From Raillietiella orientalis (Eukaryota): 64,000 nt of DNA. The translations under genes were made by a program, and so were the position numbers. Within the stretch, counting starts at the first letter, position 1. Every line of letters begins with the position of its first letter. Under the pieces are notes generated by a model that did not search any database, was not told the DNA's origin, and saw nothing but the letters and a program-made list of their open reading frames with translations. Below, piece by piece: positions 35,750 through 48,950 of this stretch. Where the stretch lies: NCBI GenBank assembly GCA_036172245.1, contig JAYWIR010000064.1, forward strand, positions 186,001 to 250,000. Reading direction: 5' to 3'.

Positions 35750-38100
35750 TCGCAATCCTTGCCATCCCTTCCTGCTGGAGACGGAATGCCCGTGCCCACT
35801 CCAGCCTCGAGAGTCGCGGAGTTCTCTCTGTGGTCCCACCCTCTGAATGGTATGACCTTGGGACTAGGAAGAAAAGGACCTCCTTTCGCAGCCTCGCCCA
35901 CCCCTCTTCCTCCTGGTAGTCGCGCCAGGCAGTGGGCGCACAAAGGGTACCCCTCTTCTCAGCCCCTTCCAGCACTCCTCATGACCTACTGGAGGCGTAC
36001 CGCTAGCGACCTCGAGGGATCTGCTCCCGTTGATCTTCATAACGTGCTTCCTGGGAGTCAGATCTAGGGTACCTCTGGCTCTTCTTACCCTAAGGAGACG
36101 TCCTCTGAGGGTCAGTTTTGATAAGGTCATTTCCAAGGAGACTCTGGGCTCCTTCACCTTAGGGAATGACGATACCTGATGACAGCCAAGCGCGAGAAAA
36201 ACGTCCTCTTCTTTCGAGCAGGACTCCAAGTCCTTCCGGGAATCGGGAGTTCGGTGAATTCCCCCCTTTCTCTTCCCGCAGAGGTAGTGATTCTCTTGTC
36301 GCTTTCGGGGAGAAAGGGAGTTCTAGAAAGGCAAAGTGTGCGCATTTGTGCTTTCATCTACGAGGAGTTTTTCGAACTGTGGGCAGCTTCCTACACCGTC
36401 CGCCAGGCTCCTCTCGGATTTCGCCTATCCCTTTTCTCTTGCTATTCCGCAGTCTCGCTGATACTTACGGAGTTTTCCAGCTCTCCTCGGACAAAGGAAG
36501 AAAGGGTGGGGTGCGGAATGGGGAGGGGGGAGGATAGAGAAGTAGTGAACGAGTCTCCCTGACCTCCCGAGAGCGGCATGCGAACCAAATGACTTCGGAA
36601 CCTCACATTTTTTGAGAGGTTGGCAGGAAGAGGATAAAGGAAGTCTCTGGAATCACGGCTTCTGCCCCAGCCCTCGTCGAAGGATGAGCGCCTTTCCTCC
36701 CAGTCCAACGGATAGCGTCAAGGAGAACGATGCTTCCCTCCTCCGTTTGGTCCGTTCCTGTTTCCTTCGGGCGCTCCGGCGTGCCTCTGGGTCCCATGCC
36801 ACCAATCGGCCAGCTCTTCCTCTTAGGAAAGGCGTGACCGTGGCCCCTGCACCCACAAGAAGGACATCTACCTCTCACTCACGTTCTCCTGAGACGCGCG
36901 CTTCCTCCCTGCCCGCATCCGCGCACCCCGCCTCTCTCCCTGGAGCAGAGCGGCGGCGCGACGCGCCTGCGTCAGGCCTCCGCCGCCGCCGCCACCGCCG
37001 CCCTCCGGAAGGCAGAGGGAGGCTGCGAGGGTATGACGCTCAGTGCGGCTCCGTCAGCGCCGGCCCGCGAGAGGCGCGTCGGCGCAACCCCCTCCGGCGA
37101 AGAGAGGCGGCGGCCTCCGCAGGACATGCCCTCTGGGGCCATACCCTCCTGAGACGGGAAGATGGGCAACGAAACCTGCTGCTGCGACCTCTTCGGCAAA
37201 ATCCTGGTGAGTCCCGCCTGACCTCCCCTCCATCCTCGGGAGGGAGGGGCTGCGAGCGCCCGTTGCCCACGACCGCTCGACGAGCCCTTCGGACCGCGCA
37301 GGTCGTCGGCATCCCTCCCTTCCTCCTTGAGGCCGCGCAGGAGACTCCTTAACCCGACCCTCCCCGAGAGTGGCAGAGTGTGGGGGTCGGTCCTTTCGGA
37401 AAAGCCCCACTCGTTCCTCTTAGGGTGCGGGACCCGTCCCGGAGAACCTACAGGGGTCTACAGGCGAAGGGGGCAGCCGCGATGGTGCCCTGATGGACGC
37501 GTCTAGGGTCTCTGCTCCCTTCACTCCCTGATACCAGTCTGCTTCCCTCTGCTGCTCCCGACGGACTTTTACCCCTACCCCTGATTCCTTCCCCGGGCTG
37601 GATGGCTCCCTGTCCGCGCGGGTCGTCCGTCTCGGAAAGGCGCCAAACCTCCCGCCGAAGGTCTGGCCCGCATATCCTTTAGGGAGCGCCGAGGGTCGCC
37701 CCGGAAGCGGCTCCTCTCTTTCCCTCCAGGAAGGGAGGAATCTCGCGTCTTCGGAGGGGAAAGGGAGTGAGTAGGGGGGGAATCTCCTGAGCAGGTGTTC
37801 CGACGAGGGCGGTTTCTCAGACCTCGCTCCACTCGGCCATGAGTTCCCTAGGTCCACATGGCCGGGGTGGAAGTGGAGGAGTAGGAAATGAGAACCCGAC
37901 CCCCATTTACCCCACTTCCCGCTCGCCGAAGGACTTTCGGAGCAGAAGAGCAGGCAGAGGGGGCAGGGAAGAGAGAACTGGCTCTTCGGACGAGGCCAGG
38001 GAAGAGGTTGGAAACCCCTCCTCCTCCCTTCCCCTCTCCTCCACTGAGGTGATGCAGCCCCCTTGCGGGCGAGAGGTGTGCAGGGTCCACTGTGGCCATC
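35750..38100 (-). mobile_element. Ty3/gypsy (probable chromovirus) pol remnant
   Basis: RT start RRFPPYSLP..ETLDASIRAPSRLP; integrase RTLCLSRTPFLPESD (cf. STAYHPQTD), SKLTLRGRLLRV (cf. KL.P...GPF.V); chromodomain-like VIPFRGWDHRENS (cf. YLV.W.G....E.TWE). Confidence 0.55.
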
Positions 38101-38199
38101 CAGTCTACCCCGTAGATGGAATGCGCGCGACTTTCAGCCGGCACGCCCCATGACAGCAATTCAGTCGTGGGTAGGAAAGCCGCCTCGAGGAGCTGCGGC

Positions 38200-39800
38200 T
38201 CCTGGCCAGAACACTGCCCCACGTGTGTGTTGGGGGGGGAGGGGGCGTCCGTCTGACGAACAAGTCGCTTGGAGCGCCGAGTCGCACCTCTTCCCATTCG
38301 TGGGCACCTATCCGATCCGCGAGACAGGGGAGGCGACCTCCCTCGTCCTTGAGCGAGCCCTGGATGGTTCGTAGGCACGCTCGAATGCTCGTCCAAGCCG
38401 TTGGGAACGGAGGAGAGAATCGCGCAACGAGGATCCCGCGGCGGGAACCTTTCCTCGCTGCTGTCATCTAGTCGGCAGCAGCGAAAGCTCGGTTCCTCGC
38501 CCACCGCCAGAGCTGCACGGAACGAAGCGAAATTTTGCCAGAGCAGGGAGCTCGCGCCTCGTGTGACCGCGTTCGTTCACGTCTTCCCCGTTGGCCACCT
38601 TCTCGCTCGCTTGCACAGCCTCCACCTTGCAATTCTCTCCCCAGCCCCGGGGGAGAGCTCTTCTCGAGGGCGTCTGTGGGCACCGTAGGGAGAAGTTGGC
38701 GCCTTTGGAAGCCAATCAAGACTCTCTCGGTCTTGGGTCTTGAGACTCTGCTCTTTCAAGCACCAGCAGCAGGCATCCCTCGCTCCGAAACTCTTTCGGA
38801 GGGTCCAAGATTCGCACCCGCGTCGTTGCAGCACCCACTGCCATAGGAACCGAGATTCAGAAGTCATCCTATCGAAGCAAAGAAGTTCTTCTCGTGCCCT
38901 CCTTCTGTCATTCTTTTTCTTTTTTTTCTTCTTCCTTACTCAACAACACAGCCAACTCCCAGCTTCCTTGCTTTCTGCTGATCCGTACAGGCTGTTCCGA
39001 GGAACGGGATGCAAGGCACATGAGTGAAATCGCAACTTCAATGCAACGGTTCCTCCCGCAGCGACTTGAAGAAGGGAGCGGGAGCAAAGCACCGGGAACT
39101 CTCGCTTTCTAAAAGGGAATCCACGAGTCTTCCGATCGATGGCGGCCACCTTTGGCAGTTTCACGATCCTGCATTCCCGGAAGCCCCCTTGCGAGCATCG
39201 GAGCGACTTGTTTCCCTCAGGGAAGCTTTCCATTTCCGAAGGCACCCCGAGGCTTTGAAAATTCTCAGTGGGAGCAATAAACACACCCGCGGTTTCCTCC
39301 ATCGTCACATCCGCGCTGGCGCGACCGATCAAAGAATCCCTATGACAACGGGCTTTAAGCAGGTCTCCTATCGTCTCCATCCGCTACAGAGGTGCTTTTC
39401 TGAGTAGGAGCTCGACTGGTCCCGTTCTAGTGAAGGCTCTCTCCGAGTAGGCCGTTGTCCGGATTCCTTCGCCGTCAGAGAACAGCTGATGGCGGGGGTG
39501 CATCGGTCAATCTGACCTCTTCGTCTCCTCCTCCTGACGAGGTTTCGTGCCGGCTGGTAGCACACCGTGCCCTTCTAGAGCGTGTCCTGGGTATGTCGGA
39601 CATCCCAGTACACGCTGCCTTTCTCCTGGTGTGCTCCTACGGCCTCTTTGGGACTTCGGATGCTCCCCCCGTGACGTCGTTTTCTGGGCCCCACGGCGAT
39701 CACTCTCACCGACGACAGATGCTTCATCTAGCGGGGAGATGGAGAGCCAGCTCTCGAGCTTCCCCGCCCCCTGACAGCTAGTCGCGAGTGGCATCCCTCA
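38200..39800 (-). mobile_element. Ty3/gypsy integrase remnant
   Basis: TMEETAGVFIA..LGVPSEMES (cf. T...TA.LF...HG.P..IVS), VAAIDRKTRG (cf. A.HPQTDG), ALPRGWGENCKVEAV (cf. KL...W.GP.KV). Confidence 0.55.
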
Positions 39801-40099
39801 GGATAAGACCTCCAGTGCCGTTACTCTGCCGCCGCCCTGGAGCACTGGATCCAGTCGCAAGAAATTTGGGATCCGTTCCTGGAATGAGTTGATTTGATTG
39901 GAGGCGATCTGCTCCCGATTTTCCTGAGATTCTGGATCTAGGTCAGCCCGCTCGCATCTCTCCGAAATCGCGTTTGCGTTGCCGTACCAGTGGTCGAGGA
40001 TGTGGTTTAGGGATGTCTCCCTCGTCCCACGGGCCTTGTGCTCATGCGATCCCCTGAGTCTTCTCTGGTAGGCGCTGCCAGTACAGGTAGCAGGATAGC

Positions 40100-40700
40100 C
40101 ACCCGAGCGGCATCTCTATGAGAATCTTTGGTGCGCCACCTTGGTGCTCTCCTACCCATGTGATCGCGCTTCCCTCCCTCTGCCATCCCCCGCACGGGAG
40201 GGGGATGGGGGGGGGGGGGAGAGACTCGCTTCTTCATTGCCTCGGGCTACGACAGCAAGGTCGGAGGCGTTTCTTCATCGCTCGCGTCCGGAAGCTCAAA
40301 GAAAAAATTTTCCCGAGGGACCCCCAAAACGAGGAGGCGGGAGGTGAGGATGAGTGCTTTCCCGGATCAGAGCGAGTCGATCGAGAAACCTTCACGGCGC
40401 GGACGAACGCGAGGTACGCCCCCGACGTGGGGAGGGAGAGGGGAGGAGGTCCGCTTTCTCGCCGGGGGCTCACGCAAGAGGTCCACGACACGCTATCATT
40501 GACGCCGGCCGCGAGAGAGAAAACCTGTGAGCCTTCGGGCGGATTCCTGTAGGAGAAACGAACGACCGAAAAGTCAGGGCGACCATCCGAAGCAGGGTTC
40601 CCAAGGTATCCCGAACCAACGCGATCAGGATGCCTCAGGGACCGATGCCCGCCGGGGCCGGAGCAACTGCGGCGTAAGAGCCACCAGCAATGGAAGGCAG
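40100..40700 (+). mobile_element. Retrotransposon gag remnant
   Basis: RKLKEKIFPRD..RRGLTQEV (cf. retrotransposon gag W..LK..F.P and F..GL...I). Confidence 0.4.
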
Positions 40701-41199
40701 TCAGCGTCATGATTTCCATTGCATCATTAATGAGGGCAGTGCACCAGCCTGCCGCTCTGATTAATGACTGCTCCCAACGTTTCGATGCGTCTTTTAGAAG
40801 TCACGTAAAGCGCGCCGACGTTGATGGCGCTGCGGTTGAGCAGAGCACGACATACGAAATGCAAAAGTTAACGTGAGGGGAATTTTTTCCTTTTTTTTCT
40901 TTTTATGGCTATCAAGGGCAGCCTTCGCACTTGTTGCAGGGGGTTATTTCCCCTCCCCCCCTTCCTCCCTTCCTCCTTCCCCCTCTTTCGAGCAGAAGCG
41001 GTGTAGAGGAGCTCCCGCATAACTCCTCGAAACTGCTGAACGGCCTCTGCGTTTGATCAATCTGCTCCCGTGACCTCTCCCGTCTGACTGGATCAGCGAC
41101 AACAGCGGGGTTCCAGGAGTTCTTGCCGCAGAGACGAGAGCCAAAGCGTTCCGCAGCCTTCCTTCCGGGTTCGAATTTTCATTCCGTTCCTCGGGTGCG

Positions 41200-43700
41200 C
41201 CACCTTGTCGCCACGTACGGAGAGCACCTCGTCGCGTCTTGGGATCGGACCACCGTCCAAACCACACGGCGAGCGCTTCGTGAAACCCCATAGGAGACCC
41301 AAAACGCCCTCTCTTTGCTCCCATGGGGAAACGGAGATTCCAAGAGAGCTGCATCCGCGCCTGGAGACCTCGCTTGTCCCTGGATGCATTGCGGCATGCG
41401 AGTGTTTCGGAAGATGAGAAACTCTTCCACTTTAACGACTTCCACCCTGTATCTCAAGCCGCCGCTTCGTTCAAGAGGCAGCGCTCTCCACGTCCAAACC
41501 TCTTTGATAAGATGGCTTCTTGAAAAATGGACTGCGCTTGCCTTTTTCTTCTTCTTCTTCTTCTCGCATCTTTGCAAAGTTCTCCGAGCCATCTTCTGTA
41601 CGCAGAAGTCCGGCGTTGCTAACGTGCTGCACCTTATCCTTCTTTGTCCTCCCGCGCTGCCTCCAACCTGAATTCGCCGTTTTCTTGTAGCGAAGAATTC
41701 CAAATGGAATCCTAGTCGGCATATCCCGAGAACGCCGGATCAAGATTCGTTCAATCGTGGACATGCTCACCTTCCAATATGCTCGCCGGCGCCCTCTTGA
41801 TGACCCTGCGTGGAGTTTCGCAGAACAGAAGCTCTTCCTCGATCCCGGATATCCAAAATAGCCTTCCAAGGAAGAAAGTTCCTCCTCGATGGATCCGGAA
41901 AGGAAAGATTGGGTGATGAGAATCGTCGGAGGCAAAAAAGACGAGGTTCCTTCCTCCCTTCCTTTCACCGTTGCGAGCACTCATTCAAAAGCTGAGAGCA
42001 CAAAGGATTGATTTTCCATCTTTGCCTGACCGGAAATTGAATGCCGGGATGATACAGCGGTCTGAATCTCAGATAAGCACTCTCTCATCCCATATCCAAT
42101 TCCGAATTGCCTTCGGTGTTTCGAGGAGGAATTCCCTTATTTGAAAGGAAGAGCTTTTCCAGTTCAGCGCCGCCTTTCCGATCCATTTCCTCTACATCTG
42201 TTAGAACCTGGAGTCAAGGAATTTCTAAGGTGGTCGCGGATTCGGGGAGCTTCGACCCGATGTGGCTCATTACAGGACGATCCGATGGCTACTCCCGCTT
42301 CTCGCGTGGCTTGGCTTGAAAGGGGGAGGGGGAGAAGACCGACTACAGAGACGGCGGCGTGCACGCGTCCTTTTCCGTGGATCCCCAGCCAGCCCTCGGC
42401 ACCACGCCCGCGAATTTCAAGAAACCCGACTGGAGGATCTGTGGCCGCAGGGGACTTCCACTGCTAGGCGAGCGACCGCAGATTTCAGGATGAGGGCTCC
42501 CGGTCGCTCGCGGGAGACCTTGGCGCGCGCCCCAATCGCTTGCGTTGTTTCCCTCACCACCCGATTGGAAAAGGCGCCATTCCGCCTTTGAGGCAGCAGC
42601 GAAAGTGCAGGTTCCGAAACGGGAGTGCCCAGAAGGGGCGATCCGTCTCGATTGATCTCGCAGCAGCAGCAGCTTTGCTTCTTCGCGTGCGCGCGTTCTT
42701 CCCTTTCCGTTTCGAGCGCATTAAGGTCGCCCGTGCCGACAGCCACATGCCCGATTACGCGACGCGATCCAAGATGCAAGGAGAGACCCCGGATCGGAGT
42801 TTTCCCGATTTTCACCCGGGTACTCTGGGGCGTTTACTTGCAAATTAAATAAACACTTAACATTTCTGTGGTTCACCGGTGGTCCAACCCCGTCCTTTGA
42901 ACCTGCTGCGTTACCGGTTTGAGGACCGGTGAGGTCCACCACGGCAGCAGAGGGGAGGGGGCAGGCAAAAATGAGGAGAAACAAAATAAAAATAAAACAA
43001 TTATGAAGAAGAGGGTGGTGGGGTGGAGTGAGGGAAGGTATCACTGTCTGCTGGGAGCGGTCCTCTGCATCCTTTGCAGGATCCAGGCAAGGTCTTCCTG
43101 GATGCTGCGGTCCAGGCGGGATCATCCTAATAATGTTGCCATCCTCGTGAAACGGACGGCAAAAGTGATAGGCATTTCTGTGGCTGTGTCCACCTCTTGC
43201 GTCGCTTCACGGGGTTTTCCCGAAGAACCTATTCTGGTGCCGAGGGGTGTTCCGGCATCCCTCACGTGAAACCTGTGAAGACGTAGCCACTGCATCCCTC
43301 AAGATGCAGTTGTCCCGGAAGTCGGACGCGATTACCCGCAGGATGAATGTACCGTGCAGAGTTTGCAACCCGATAATAAGCTGCTCGCCCAGTGAGTAAC
43401 TGCAAGCAACAGCCCTCATTTCGTGAGAACCGAAAGAGTGAGTCAATCAGAGGTTCGGGAAAATCCCCAGGTGGTTGCTTGACAACAAGCACATCATCAT
43501 TATCATCAAGATTAATATATTGGACTTTCTGCTCCATTGCTGCGAGATTTCCCCTGCGAGAGGACACGCAAAGACGTGGTTGATTATCCCCATCGAACGT
43601 ACACCATCAATCCGGATTTCGGATCAAACAAGCGGAGCTCGCGGAAAGATCGCTTCGTTTCTATGATACGGAAGTTCGGAATCTGCCGTGCGCTCAGATC
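41200..43700 (-). mobile_element. Ty3/gypsy protease-RT-integrase remnant
   Basis: EIRIDGVRSMGII and LIIGLQTL (protease ends), VIPSLTP (cf. I.PS.SP), LEKLFL..GIP and LYHP..SGQAKMENQ (cf. YHPQTDGQTERVNQ) at ~42010-42160. Confidence 0.55.
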
Positions 43701-44699
43701 GAAGACGCAGGCCGATCCTCCCTAGCGCCGCGGTAGAAAATTTCCACGCACATAGCAAACCAGGAAGTACAGGTGGCAGACCTCCTTAGTCGTCAGGAGA
43801 AAAAAAAAAAAAAAAAATGAAAATCCCCTGCTCGATTTCCACTCCGGTGTTCGGTGTTCCAGCGCTCCAGCTGAGAACTGCATCGACAGATGAGAGAACC
43901 CCCCTGGTTACAGTCGGTCGGTTCGTCAACCGGAATCAGCTCGTCCTTCTGGTAATCCACGATCCGGTTCACTTCGTTCACCCCGACCCCTGAAAGCGCC
44001 TTCCGTCTTCCGATCAAACCGGGGCTTTCGTTTCGAGGCGCGTCCCTTTGAGGTGCACCGAGCAGAAAATTATATTTTATTTTTTTCTTCATTCCTCTTC
44101 CTTTTTTGTCCGCGCAACGCCGCTCCTGAACAGCACTGGAATTTGCCATCCAAGTGCAAGAGAAGGACACTTCAAGAGAAGCCGAGATTTGCGAAGCCGC
44201 GGAACATCGGGGGCTTCCAGCACCCTCCCAGGTGCACCACGTTTATCTCGGACTTTTTCTGAAGACTGCACAAATGTTGGAGTAGCATGTGGGAACTGGC
44301 AAACTCCTCCTTACAGTACCAATAACGAAGAGATCTTCATGAGCCACACTGTCGATGCATGCATGTCGTTGCATGTGCAAAGTGTCGAATCCATGGAAAC
44401 GAGATGCGCGACTTTTTTAAAAACACTTGGAAGGCTCGTCTTATATGCAGAGGCTGTATCCCATTGTCTGCGCATCTTCCTCTGGATCCTCGACTTCTTG
44501 CCTTGCCATCTCAGCCACATTGATTAACGCATCGATGGAGAGGCAGGCAGTCTTTGTGCTCCCGGATAGCAGGAATACCGCTTTCCAGCGACGCTCGAAG
44601 GGTCTTAGGGTTCGGGAGCAAAGATAGAAACGCATAAGAGAAAAACTGGGTCGATGATAGATGTAGGTCGGGTTGCAGCTTAGAGTTCTTTGGCTTCAT

Positions 44700-45517
44700 T
44701 TTTGCATTATTAAGCTTTTTATCCCAAGGAAATGTTTCGGAAAGAGTGAGAGCAGTGTGCTTGGAAGGTTTCCGTAAGAAATAACCGGCATGCAAGTGCA
44801 TCCAGATGCCAATTACTTATTCATATAAATGCAATTCCCGCCATGATGTTGTAAGCTGGAAAAAGATGTAAGGAGTGCTGACGCCATTTTCCCTCCGTTT
44901 ATTAATTCATGTTGAGCTCCAAAGTCCTTCATGTTCCCTCATGTGTGGGAATCCTGCTCGAAAATACTCAGACGGTGGCAACACACACAGCATTCGCAGG
45001 ATCAGCAATGGTATTCTCCTCCTTTCACCTCCTCCTCCTTCCAGCACTTGGAAACCCTCAAGGTATTTCACTCGTTTCCCGGGGACGCGGACTCTCACGA
45101 TACGATGGCGACGGTCATCGTATATAACGCTGTACATCAGTCCCGTACGAAGTTGCGGATGAAATGTGAATTTCGCGGCAGAGCACCAGGTCAGGCGTTT
45201 CGGAACAGAACGCGAAGACGTGATGCGAGTAGGACGATTTCTACTTTGTATCGAATCTTCCCGAACAGAATAGAGCGAGAAGATGCGCTTATTAGCAACG
45301 AGGATGGCAGAGCTGACACCAGAGAATTGTTCGAATCGATTAGACGTCAGCGAAAATCCAAAAACTTTCTTTCTACTTTGAGTCTTCTTGATTTTTTTTT
45401 TTCCTTTTATAAATACCATCGTAGTGTATCCGTACATAGCCTATAGGGTTCGTATAACACGGATTCATAGAAGGCGCAATGTATTGTCCGCGTTATACGG
45501 CGAACGACACCCTACTG
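44700..45517 (+). mobile_element. pogo/Tigger (DDE_1) transposase remnant with right terminus
   Basis: KIL-DGGNTH (cf. LLILDGH.SH), YSPPFTSSSFQHLETLKVF (cf. LPP.TS..LQPLD..VF), C-terminal SLLDFF; then inverted motifs CGTATAACACGG (45451-62) / CCGCGTTATACG (45488-99) and CTACTG end. Confidence 0.65.
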
Positions 45518-46949
45518 CATTGCAGGAAATCTCTTACCACGCTTAAAGTCTATGCTTAAAGATCAGTCTCCAGGATAGCGGCAGCAGAAAAATCCGAATG
45601 TTCTCCGCATTTGCTCTTCCACTGAAGCGAAAAATTCAGTGTCATGTAAAATGCAAAATCAAGCTGTACGTGAAATTCCTGTACTTGGAGAAGGGCGACC
45701 AATCCAGCCAGAAATGCATCGTCTTCGCTCTTTGTCTATTTCAACATGCCTTTTGGAAGGCATTTTTTGGTATTTCGTTTTGGTTGCGGAGCTGACTGTT
45801 TGGTTTTCCATTTTCAAAAGTTCTACTGGTCACACTTTTTCCCACTGCAGCTGTTGAGGAGAATTTCCCTGTGATTCCATCTTGCCTGCTCCGAGCGGAT
45901 CCCAGATCCAGAAATGCCATCCTCGCCTACTTGGTTTTCTGCTACGGGAAAAAAAAAAAAAAAAAATTCCGGCCGCAGAGGCATTTTATCTTTCGAATCG
46001 GTTTGTGTTGATTTCGTTTTCCTCTTCTGCAAATCAATAGAAAGGAAGAAAGAACACACACACACACACAAAATCCAATCCATCTCTCCATCGGCGCGCT
46101 GTTTGCATTTCTATTTGGAAACGATTCTGCGTCCACGGAGACGCCTTCAGGGCTCTCAGTGACTCGCCTCAGTGTGCATGCAATCGTTCCGTTTGCGTAC
46201 GCGGACGGGATTCAGCATCCCACGGCGTGGGCAGGAGACAGCGTCGGGACTCGGGAACGACTGCACACCACTTTCCCGTCAGACGAGAAATCAGAATCTC
46301 AGGGAAAACACTTCTTCAGCATGCTAACCAAAGTTCGAAAAAAGTGCGGATCCATGATGTCGGGGAAACCGTCAAAGCATTCCAGCCATCGTGCTCCTCC
46401 TTCCCGGTGGCGAATGTACAGGTGCGATGTACATGTCGAGGTTAGCAGCTCTTGTCATCTCTCGACGTTCCTTCGCAGCCTCTGCACTCGGAACACGAAA
46501 GCGACGGAATTTCGTGCTGTGAGATTTTGTGTTGGTTGAAGGCGGACTGGACGCAGGAGGTTTTGCGTGTTTTCTTGGTGTTGGTGTTGAGTTGCTACGG
46601 ATTTCTGAAGGGAACGATGTTTACTTCAAGATACCCTCTCATTGAAAACGGCCTTGGGTCGTTTGATCGACAACAGCTGTGAACATTACTTCTATGATCA
46701 AACGGAAGATGTCACGCTTCAACACTCAGCGTCAATGTTTTGCGGATTTTGCGTACGGATTGACCGTAATACGACTATGGATGGCGCCAAATCGAAGAAC
46801 TGCTAACCCCAAAACGCAAAATGCCACAAATCTTTCCCGACGACGCTCCGACTTTTGGTTGCTTACTGAGTTATTCACCACCGAACATGGGCTCACTAAA
46901 CCCTGTAGACCCTGAACCCCATTACGATTCTCCGGTTTCGTTCCTGCTT

Positions 46950-47350
46950 CAAGTTCTGGAACGAAAGCGTCTCAGGACAAGGAGGAAGTATCTGGTAGCC
47001 AGAACAAAAAGGCCTCGAGCAGATTCATCCTTGAGCTCATAAGAAACATCCTCGTTGCTTAGTCATCAGAAGGCTGCGCCACTGATTTGAAATGCTTATT
47101 CCACATCTGTTAGCAGAGCAATCCTCTGGCTTCCGCCGGTGTCCACCACAAATCTTGAATGACCCACTGTTGCCTTTGATGTGCCGCATGCGCTCCGCTT
47201 GGGCGGTGGAGAATTCCATTACGGCACGAGGTGTGCCATCGCTCCTCATCAGCATTTGCTGGATGGAAATCGCTCGGGCTCCTTGATCCCCCTATCAAAC
47301 TTGCGATTTCACCACTCTCTTTCTATATCCGGTATGAGAGATGTGGCAGG
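46950..47350 (-). mobile_element. Ty1/copia RNase H remnant
   Basis: AVMEFSTAQAE (cf. VALSTAEAE), ISISNQWRSLLMTK (cf. I..DNQSAI.L..N). Confidence 0.45.
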
Positions 47351-47799
47351 ACGTCATTCCTATCGAGTAAGGGGACCTTGGTTACTACACTCATGATTAC
47401 AGTCATCACCCACTTCTCAAGATGCAAAACACTTAAAGAGATATGATGATGTCAGCTCAGAAACACTTTCTTTCCGGCTCAATTACCAATTCCCCGTTAA
47501 TTGCAGGGAATTCTAGTATGTGTGCGCATGTGGGTTTTTGTTATCCACAATACACGTGTCTAGGAGGAGAACAAAGGTCACTCGTTGGTGCTCACCGCAA
47601 GAACGGGTGGACGTTGCGTTTCACAGACATCTCGGTGACTCCGTGGTTTGCGTGAACGCTGCTGACTATCCCTGGCTAAATCAAAGTCACATGTCATGAG
47701 CTGCACAATAGCAGCGCGGTTGCGTGCGAGGAGCGCAACCGATCGCGTGATTCGTTGGCAGTAGGAAAAGGCGAGAGAATTCCGTACGTGAGATTGTGT

Positions 47800-48950
47800 G
47801 TGTTTCTTTCCTCGAACCAATCGGCGACCAGCGAGTGAGCCGCAGAAAACTGCAGCGAGGAAGCGAACCGATGCTGCCTGAGGCCACGTCGGAGGCGTGG
47901 TGGACGGACAGAGTAAGAGAGACACTCCTCTGGCAGCCAATTCCCGATCCCCCTTCGCACGCGGAGGATCAGAGCAAGGTTGGCAGCCTCACCGTTCTTC
48001 CACACCCACCGAACGAATTGCCACTATCGAGGGAACGAGAGCTTCCTATGCACCGACCCCCCGAAAACCCCCTGACCCTTTTGACTCTCACGTGGGAAAC
48101 CACGCAGCCTGTTGGCCTTCATTAAGTATTCTTCAGCCGCATGTAAAACGTGCAAATGGAGGAGCTTATTGCAAAGAGAAGATACCGTAGTGCTCTCGGC
48201 TCTTGGCTTCGGAGCGGTTCTTGGCTTTCTTCGGTGGAGCTGAAGGGGCTCTCCACTGCTGATCAAGAAGAAAGGCTGGTGCTACAGGAAGAGAAACAAC
48301 CGATAAGCACAAGTAAAGAATTGCTTGAGTCGAAAGCACGTAAAGCGGAAGGCTCCTCGACGTTGTCTTTTGATCCCTTAAAGTTCTGTTGCAAGCTCCG
48401 CTTACCAACCGATGTCATCAAACCCTCCCATCCCTTGAATGAAAAGTCCCCTCATGGCATTCGAGTCTCTGTTGCATTTGAGAAAGCATCTTCGAGGAAA
48501 GATGAACTCGAAGAAGACCTTTGCCGTTGTTTGTTATTGTCGTTGTTGTTTTCCGCTTTTTTTCTTTCTGTACGAACACATCCTCATTGAAGTAAATATG
48601 GGAATGCTTTCACGACATGCTCCACTTTTATTCCAGAAATCAATGATGCGATGAGATCTTTGATGATTATTTAGGATGAAGGAATGCAACCGAACATCAT
48701 AGATCACCTACAAGAATACACATGCATCTCCGTCATTGAAGTGATCCGTAGAAGAGAAAAGAAAGGTTCCTATTTCCGGCTTCCCCGAATAAGTCTTGAA
48801 ACGAGCAGAAAATTCCAATTCTTGGCTTTCCATCTTTCTCCGAGACTTGGAGAAAGTGGAAAGACAACGAAACCTTGTGCAGGACGCGGGGATGGGTGAA
48901 GATTGATTTCTGTGCTGTAAGCTAATCTAATTCTCCTCTTCATTCTGCGT
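47800..48950 (+). mobile_element. Ty1/copia GAG-pre-integrase/integrase remnant
   Basis: LLWQPIPDPPS (cf. LWH.RLGH.S), ENPLTLLTL (cf. PLEL.H.D), LKFC..HGIR, QPNIIDHLQEYTCIS..RKFQFLAF (cf. KP..SHLR.FGC.A..K..FLGY). Confidence 0.55.

Noticed and set aside
37524..37536. Met-tRNA primer-binding-site-like TGGTATCAGGG on the minus strand
   Set aside because: It lies inside the RT ghost with no adjacent LTR end.
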